In this document: one piece after another, positions 58,197 to 64,000 of the stretch
Layout: each line of letters starts with the position of its first letter
How positions within the stretch are numbered: the first letter of the stretch is position 1
DNA from: a virus
Reading direction: 5' to 3' (one strand)
DNA length: 64,000 nt
Virus record (IMG/VR): IMGVR_UViG_3300013233_000773
The notes under the pieces: generated by a model
The model's input: only the letters and a program-made list of their open reading frames with translations
Databases searched by the model: none
What the model was told of the DNA's origin: nothing
Translations under genes and position numbers: made by a program

Positions 58197-58407
58197 TCCA
58201 CGCGCTTGACCCCTTCTATAGAAAAAGGTGGTAGCCGTCTGAGCGTGGTCTCTGCAAACGTCCTCTTCCGTGGCCACCTGTAGATGACGTGCCAAGCTCC
58301 CGTTCATGCCATCTCCTTTCAGCGACTGTGCCGTAAAGCCATGCGGGACAAACCATCTTTCCGGAACCCGGCGTACGATATCGTTGGGCCGGACTGAGAA
58401 AAGGAAA

Positions 58408-59037
58408 ATGAGCATCGTCCGTGACAGCCTATACTTCAGGAGGCTCAGGCGCGAGCTGGAGCATGCCGGTGCGGACGAGATCAGGCAACTGGTCGATGAC
58501 CTGGCCGGCCTGCACGGCACGGAGAATCTGAGCAGCAAGCCCGTCCTCACCGGCCCGGAACAGTTCCTGCGGGCCTTCATTGACGGCTGGTTGCCTAGGG
58601 CAGGTCCAAGGATCGCCAGGGTCAAGTCTGGAATCCTGCTCCGCATGGCGATCATGGACTGCATATCCACGACGTCCTGGTTGTTCTGGGAACACTGGAA
58701 CGGAAAGGGCATCCTGTCAAGGAAGAACGTCGCGTTCTCCATGCTCGTCGACGGCCAGTGCCTGCACAAGGTACCCCGCAGACTGCGGGACGAGGACATC
58801 GAGGCCCTGGCTAGGATGTCGTCCATGCTGAAGACCTGGAAGGTACTAGTGCGCACTGCACGGACTCATGGCAAGTGGGAGGAGTGCGTCTGCATGGTGC
58901 CCTTCGACTGCGAGAAGGCATTATGGATCCTATCTAGCCACGAGATGTTCAGGAAGCAGTCTGGAGGTGATACGCCCGGACCATGGCCCGTGTGCGTCGA
59001 TCCAGTACAGGGAACGGCATCATGGGGTTATTCATAG
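58408..59037 (+). CDS. Hypothetical protein
   Basis: AAGGA RBS before MSIVRDSL. Confidence 0.65.
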   Translation: MSIVRDSLYFRRLRRELEHAGADEIRQLVDDLAGLHGTENLSSKPVLTGPEQFLRAFIDGWLPRAGPRIARVKSGILLRMAIMDCISTTSWLFWEHWNGKGILSRKNVAFSMLVDGQCLHKVPRRLRDEDIEALARMSSMLKTWKVLVRTARTHGKWEECVCMVPFDCEKALWILSSHEMFRKQSGGDTPGPWPVCVDPVQGTASWGYS

Positions 59038-59900
59038 AAGAGCTTCATCGTATCGGACGTGCCGGACAGGATCCTGCCGATCTCGGCGTCCGTCAGCCTA
59101 CGCTTCCAGCAGTCGACGACCTCGCGGCTATTGCGGACGAACTCGTTCCTGCCGTCCGGCTCCGCCGGATTGTGCGGACCAGACGTCTCGAGGATGCGCG
59201 CCTCCACCGCTGGCGTGAACTCTAGCTTGATACGACCATATATCTTCCTGTACTCCTCGACAGGGTTCAGGGAAAGATCCTCGTGCCTGACGAACGTCCA
59301 CTCAGGATGCTTCCTCCTGTATCCGTCTACCACGTGATAGATGCAGTTGTACAGCAATATGCCCTGCGAGACTATGTCCTGCTTGCTGGAAGCGTGCCTC
59401 CTTATGTCGTCCTCGAACTTCTTCAGGAGGTGTTCCATCAGCAGCGGTTGCCTGATGAAGCCTGTAAAGTCATGCTGCCAGCCCTTCACCTTCAAGCTAG
59501 AGCAGAACGCCGCAGGGTGCCTGATCATGACCAGCACGTCCATCCCGAACGTCCTGGACAGCCAATCAGCCGAGAATATGGCTATGGGATCCTTCATGAT
59601 GGGCGTGAGGCCCCTTGCCATGACCGGAGCCAGGGTCCTACGGATGAACTCCTTGTACTTGTGCTCGTTGTCCCTGCAGACGTACTGGAACCAGTTCTCG
59701 AAGGGGTTCATGACGGCACTTGGTCGGCGGCCTGGCCGGTGGGTCCTCGCCCGTGACCGCCTATCCGACATGCCGAGCTTGAACGGCTCCTGAACATAGG
59801 ACGTCCCAGGAGCGACTGCCAGCATCCTGCCTGCCCACGTGGTGCCAGACCTGTGTGCACCGGTGACCAGGATAGGTCTTGTGCCTCTCACCGACGCCAT
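59028..59900 (-). CDS. Sulfotransferase (PAPS-dependent, P-loop)
   Basis: ILVTGAHRSGTTW, YVQEPF, IMKDP, MIRHPAAFCSS, VRHEDL. Confidence 0.85.
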   Translation of the reverse strand: MASVRGTRPILVTGAHRSGTTWAGRMLAVAPGTSYVQEPFKLGMSDRRSRARTHRPGRRPSAVMNPFENWFQYVCRDNEHKYKEFIRRTLAPVMARGLTPIMKDPIAIFSADWLSRTFGMDVLVMIRHPAAFCSSLKVKGWQHDFTGFIRQPLLMEHLLKKFEDDIRRHASSKQDIVSQGILLYNCIYHVVDGYRRKHPEWTFVRHEDLSLNPVEEYRKIYGRIKLEFTPAVEARILETSGPHNPAEPDGRNEFVRNSREVVDCWKRRLTDAEIGRILSGTSDTMKLFYE

Positions 59901-59907
59901 AGGAATG

Positions 59908-60432
59908 TCAATCCAGGACCGGTGCCTCGTTGAATACCGTATCTATCGTGCGCCGCCCACGGACGTCCAATATCTCCAGGGCGTCCCCGTTCGGACGCAG
60001 GGAGGGGTCCTTGGTCGTATGGAACTCGTCACGCTGCGTCACGCACCCCGAGAAATCGAAGCCGGAACAGACGTCGCCGTCCGAGAACCCGCTGCGATCG
60101 TTCTGGGGCCTGGTCCTCGCGTTATCCTTCATGATGCGGTAGAAGTCAGCAATGCTGCTCCCAGGGCACTTGTCGCCGTCCGGTGGAGGACCGGCCGGCA
60201 GCTCCAGGAACCTACCCGTGCCGTTCGTCCCGGCAGGGAAGAAGGCCCGGACGACCCTGGCCCCGGGAATAAGGCGTAGGACGTCCTCGACCGGAATGAC
60301 GGAGGACTTGCAGTCGATGTTCTGGAGCAGGGTAGTACCGGTGAGCGAGCTTATTGGCTCACAACCAGGCACTGACACTACGTTCCCCAGCCTGATCTCT
60401 AGCTTGTTTCCGACGTGTATCGCGGGACCCAA
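59908..60432 (-). CDS. Hypothetical protein (TTG start inferred)
   Basis: C-terminal part of track ORF 59908..60762, starting just after the gp13-like stop with a GAGG RBS. Confidence 0.55.
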   Translation of the reverse strand: MGPAIHVGNKLEIRLGNVVSVPGCEPISSLTGTTLLQNIDCKSSVIPVEDVLRLIPGARVVRAFFPAGTNGTGRFLELPAGPPPDGDKCPGSSIADFYRIMKDNARTRPQNDRSGFSDGDVCSGFDFSGCVTQRDEFHTTKDPSLRPNGDALEILDVRGRRTIDTVFNEAPVLD

Positions 60433-60443
60433 CCTCGTTCCTC

Positions 60444-61112
60444 CTACCAGAGGTGAACTCCGAGGGGCTCGCCGAGCAGGATGGCGTCCTGGGCGGCCTT
60501 CTCCTTCTCGGTCTGTCCCTCCGTGCGGAGGGCGTCTCCGTTCAGGCTGAGATTGCCTCCGTCCGGAGCCGGGATGTTGCCGTACTTGCTTCGGATGTTG
60601 CCGAGCATGATCTTGGCCTCGGCGACCAGGGCGCGCTTGAGGATCTCCCTGGCGGAGGGAGAGCGGAACCTCTGGACTGTCGGGATGTACTCGATCACCA
60701 CTGGGAAGCTGCCACGCGGGGTTGGGAACAGGCGGATCTTGTTGTCTCCCTTGACCTCCCACTGCCCCTCGGTCCCAAGGATGCGCTGGCTGAACTTCCG
60801 ATAGTGTTGCAGCAAATGGAAGTCGGTGAGTATGTATTGTATACCGGTGACGTTCCCCACATTAAAAGATATATTGTGAACAACGGAGATGTTTCCTACG
60901 TCCAGGCCAGCATACTCCTGCACTCCACCAAGGGCCCGGCATGCCCTGCGCCAAGCGGGACCATGCGTCACGTCGCCGGAGACGAGGTGCGCGAGCTCGT
61001 GCCGCAGGACGCCCACGAGACGGTCCAGGCCAAGCCTGGCGGACATGAAGACCGTCCAGTCACGCATGTCCGCCATGCCATGGGAATTCAGGTCAGTCAG
61101 GACGATACGCAT
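60444..61112 (-). CDS. Neck protein gp13-like C-terminal half fused to an N-terminal SprT-like HExxH segment
   Basis: C-part: ILTDFHLLQHYRKFSQRILGTEGQW...IRLFPTP...AKIMLGNIRSKY...LNGDAL. N-part: LRHELAH...HGPAWRRAC. Confidence 0.75.
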   Translation of the reverse strand: MRIVLTDLNSHGMADMRDWTVFMSARLGLDRLVGVLRHELAHLVSGDVTHGPAWRRACRALGGVQEYAGLDVGNISVVHNISFNVGNVTGIQYILTDFHLLQHYRKFSQRILGTEGQWEVKGDNKIRLFPTPRGSFPVVIEYIPTVQRFRSPSAREILKRALVAEAKIMLGNIRSKYGNIPAPDGGNLSLNGDALRTEGQTEKEKAAQDAILLGEPLGVHLW

Positions 61113-61155
61113 GCCAACATCCTCCTGAATAGGTTTGTCCGGAAGGAGAGCACAG

Positions 61156-62961
61156 ATGGCCAGGCAGATTGTGCAGATCGACCTAGACGAACTACGGAAC
61201 GACTACCTGTCCGGAGCATCCATGCGCAGCCTCGCCAGGAAGCACCGGACCACCAGGCCGACCATAGCCAAGAAGCTGCGCAGCATGGGCGTCAAGATCC
61301 TATCGTCAAGGGAACGGGTGACCTCCGACCCAGAGGCACACAGAAGGGCGTCCGCAAGGAGGGGGCATAAAAGCACGACGGCCATGCCCGTAAAGGAACG
61401 GCTCGCAGCAACGACGAACGAATGGGACAAACAAGGATTGCTTAGGAAGCTCTATGTCGACGAGAAAAGGAGTTGCGCGGAGATAGCGAAGAGATTAGGG
61501 TGCCACCGGGAGACGATCAGGTCCCGCCTCCACCGGCACGGTATACCTGTTAGAAGCATCGGCGAGGCAAGCCGCACTGCAGCTGCAAGGCCAGACACCA
61601 GGGCCAGGAGATCAAGGGCGTCCTCGTCCAACTGGCTCGACGAGGACTACAGGAAGAGGGTGTCCGGTAAGCTGCGTGGTAAGAGCGTCAAGATGCCTCC
61701 GGAGCACTCGAACAACGTCTCTGCGGCAATGACTAGGCACTTCTCGGACCCAGACAACGTGCGCAGGCATGCAGAGAAGATAAGGAGGTCATGGAATAAG
61801 CCGACTGAAGCAATGCTGAAGCACCTGGGGAACCTGCACGACGGACTCCGCAACGATGGCGAGATGCGCAGAAAGCTGCTAAGGACGCAGTCTGACAGGT
61901 TCCGTGAAGAGAAGCGCGAGCAGGCCTTCAAGCACTGGGCAGACGAAGATTTCCTTAAGAAAGGCCTGCCGACGATGAAGAGAAAGTGCTCCGAGGCCGC
62001 GCGGAGGGCGTGGAAGGACCAGGTCTACCGCAGAAAGGTCCTAGACAGCATCTCAAGGAACTCCACCAGCCGCCTGGAGAGGGTGACAACTGGAATCCTG
62101 GACGACCTTGGGATCGCCCATTGCAAGAGACGATTCGGCCGCCAGATGTTCGAGTTCGACGTGTGCATAGGAGCCGACGAGCTTCGTCAGGACCGCGGTC
62201 TACTGATAGAGGTCAACGGCCTCTACGTCCACAGCCGGAGCAAGCAGATAGAGCGGGACACAAGGAGACATCGGTTCTGGGAAAAGCATCTCTCCGACGA
62301 GTGGAGGTTCGAAACCGTCTGGGAGCACGACATGAGCGCATACAGGGTCTTTTTCAACAGGATGGTCTCCATGCTCGGAATCAGGCCGGAACGAAGGAGC
62401 GTAAGACTTAGGGATCTTGAGTTGACGCAGATCGAGCACGGGGAGGCGTCGTCCTTCTATGACAAGTATCACTACCTCGGTCGACACAGGCGCGGCGTCC
62501 ACCTCGGTGCCATGCTCGACGGGTCGCTGGTGGCCTGCTGCGCCTTCGCCGCGCCAACGAGGATGGAGACTGCAGCCCGCCTTGGTCTGGAGTATGGCGA
62601 GGTCCGTGAGCTGTCCAGGTTCTGCATCTCTCCCCTGGTCCATGATCCAAACATGGCATCGTTCGTCCTGTCTAGGTGCAGGAAACTGTATTCGTCCGGA
62701 CATCCAGAGGTGCGGGCCTTCGTAACGTTCGCAGACGGCGAGATGGGGCACCTCGGGACGATGTACCTGGCCTCGAACTGGAAGCTGGACGGGACCACGG
62801 CCCCGTCCTATTTCTACGAGATGGATAGCCTGCGATGGCACAAGAAGACCGTCTGGGACCATGCCAGGAGCGTCGGGGCCAGCGAGAGGGAGTTCGCCGA
62901 GGCAGTCGGGATGACCAGGGTGCAGACCGGCAGAAAGAGGAGGTTCGTCCTGTTCACATGA
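61156..62961 (+). mobile_element. HTH/helical-repeat/Vsr(DUF559)-like endonuclease-Mom fusion
   Basis: Two HTHs; W.D...R repeats; FEFDVCI...LIEVNGLYVH...RD...VWE; then YHYLG...ELSRFC...NMASFVLS...TFADGEMGHLGTMYLASNW. GAAGGAG RBS. Confidence 0.85.
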
Positions 62962-63725
62962 GCGAGGTGAGCCCGGAGAGAATCAGACGGTTCCTGGCCG
63001 AGAAGAGGACTCCGGTCGACGTCGGCCGGCTCGGCGCGGACTCCCTGTGCATAGTGGTGCCGGTCTATGGCCACGCCAGGTTCATCGGCAGGGCCATCGA
63101 GAGCATATCCCGGCAGAGCGTTCCTCCGGACGAGGTGATCTTCGTAGATGACCGCTCGGGCGACGGATCACGTAGGGTAATCACTAGGAGCGTCTCGGGG
63201 CTGCGCAGCAGGCATCGGACCATCGTGAACGCGAGAAACATGGGCCAGGCAGCCAGCCTAAACGCGGGGATCGGAGCTTCGGACAGCGACCTGGTCATGG
63301 TTCTGAACGATGACGATTATCTGTTCCCGTATGCGGTCGAGGCCATGCTGGAGCTGTTCGCGCGCCATCCGAGGGTCGCATTGATGGGGGCGACGTGCCG
63401 TCCGTTCAGGAACGACGCCGTTCTCCGGTCGGCGGAGAGGACGGTGGACCTGGACCGCCTGCGCCTGACGTTCAGGAGCCCGGTGGACGCGAGTGGATAC
63501 AGGCGGTACAACGATGTCAGCATGACCCACTCCGGAAGCACCTTCTACAGGGCGGCGTGGAGGTCGGTTGGAGGATATAGGCCACGCAGGGGGAGAATAG
63601 TTCCGTTCTCGGACCGTGACTTTCAGATCCGGGTGAACCTCCTGTACGAGGTGGCGGTGTCGTACGGCGTGCCGTTCTCGTTCTGGCGCACGGACAGCAG
63701 CGTGGACAGGGGCCTCAACTCGTGA
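62958..63725 (+). CDS. Glycosyltransferase family 2
   Basis: IVVPVYG, FVDDRSGD, NMGQAASLNAG, LNDDD. The ATG overlaps the upstream stop. Confidence 0.9.
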   Translation: MSEVSPERIRRFLAEKRTPVDVGRLGADSLCIVVPVYGHARFIGRAIESISRQSVPPDEVIFVDDRSGDGSRRVITRSVSGLRSRHRTIVNARNMGQAASLNAGIGASDSDLVMVLNDDDYLFPYAVEAMLELFARHPRVALMGATCRPFRNDAVLRSAERTVDLDRLRLTFRSPVDASGYRRYNDVSMTHSGSTFYRAAWRSVGGYRPRRGRIVPFSDRDFQIRVNLLYEVAVSYGVPFSFWRTDSSVDRGLNS

Positions 63726-63726
63726 G

Positions 63727-63987
63727 TCACCGACGCATCTGCCTCTTTATGAAGTCTATTATGACGTCTTCCGGAACGGTCATCTTGACGGAATCCATCG
63801 CGTGCCGGACGACCCGCCAGCGCAGACCTTCGTCCAATATCTTCGGGGCAGCCAGGAGCAGTGCCTTGTCTTTGAGTAGGTCGTTCAGGGCCTCCGTGGG
63901 CTCCATGTCCGGCCTTCTGCGTGCCCTGCGGTAGGCGTTGATGAGGTCGTTCAGCTCTTCAGCGTTGAGCCTGGCCAGGATGGACAT
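63727..63987 (-). CDS. Hypothetical protein
   Basis: 86 aa with AAGGAG RBS. Confidence 0.65.
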   Translation of the reverse strand: MSILARLNAEELNDLINAYRRARRRPDMEPTEALNDLLKDKALLLAAPKILDEGLRWRVVRHAMDSVKMTVPEDVIIDFIKRQMRR

Positions 63988-64000
63988 CGATTAGCTCCTT

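Noticed and set aside
60860-60900. VVHN in the gp13-like ORF as an intein C-terminus, or the junction as a group I intron boundary
   Set aside because: It is followed by Ile rather than Cys/Ser/Thr, there is no block F, and no intron core elements were recognised.

Overview
This 64-kb window is a GC-rich segment of a large T4-like (jumbo-type) myophage genome, read with genetic code 11. It holds the virion morphogenesis region, mostly on the minus strand: terminase large subunit (two inteins), portal, a 1132-aa acidic head-core-like protein, prohead protease (mini-intein), scaffold, major capsid protein, neck and tail-completion proteins (gp13/14/15-like), tail sheath, two tail tubes and gp26/gp51-like proteins. 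It also encodes a UvsW-like helicase, a gp55-like late sigma factor, a sigma-70-family factor, a family-4 uracil-DNA glycosylase, a radical-SAM enzyme, a CX5R phosphatase, a LexA-like protein with degenerate catalytic residues, tRNA-Arg(CCT) and a scattered glycan-tailoring set (GT2 glycosyltransferases, DegT aminotransferase, formyltransferase, sulfotransferase). The most striking signal is five genes that each fuse a homing-type endonuclease to a C-terminal DNA-modifying domain. Four end in a Mu-Mom-like GNAT domain: three behind a Vsr/DUF559-like nuclease and one behind a TnsA-like nuclease split by a frameshift at a G6 run. The fifth is a LAGLIDADG fused to an amino-methyltransferase. One Mom fusion (1272 aa) carries an array of about 35 Trp-initiated helical repeats. 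All family assignments come from motif recognition by eye; no database searches were run.
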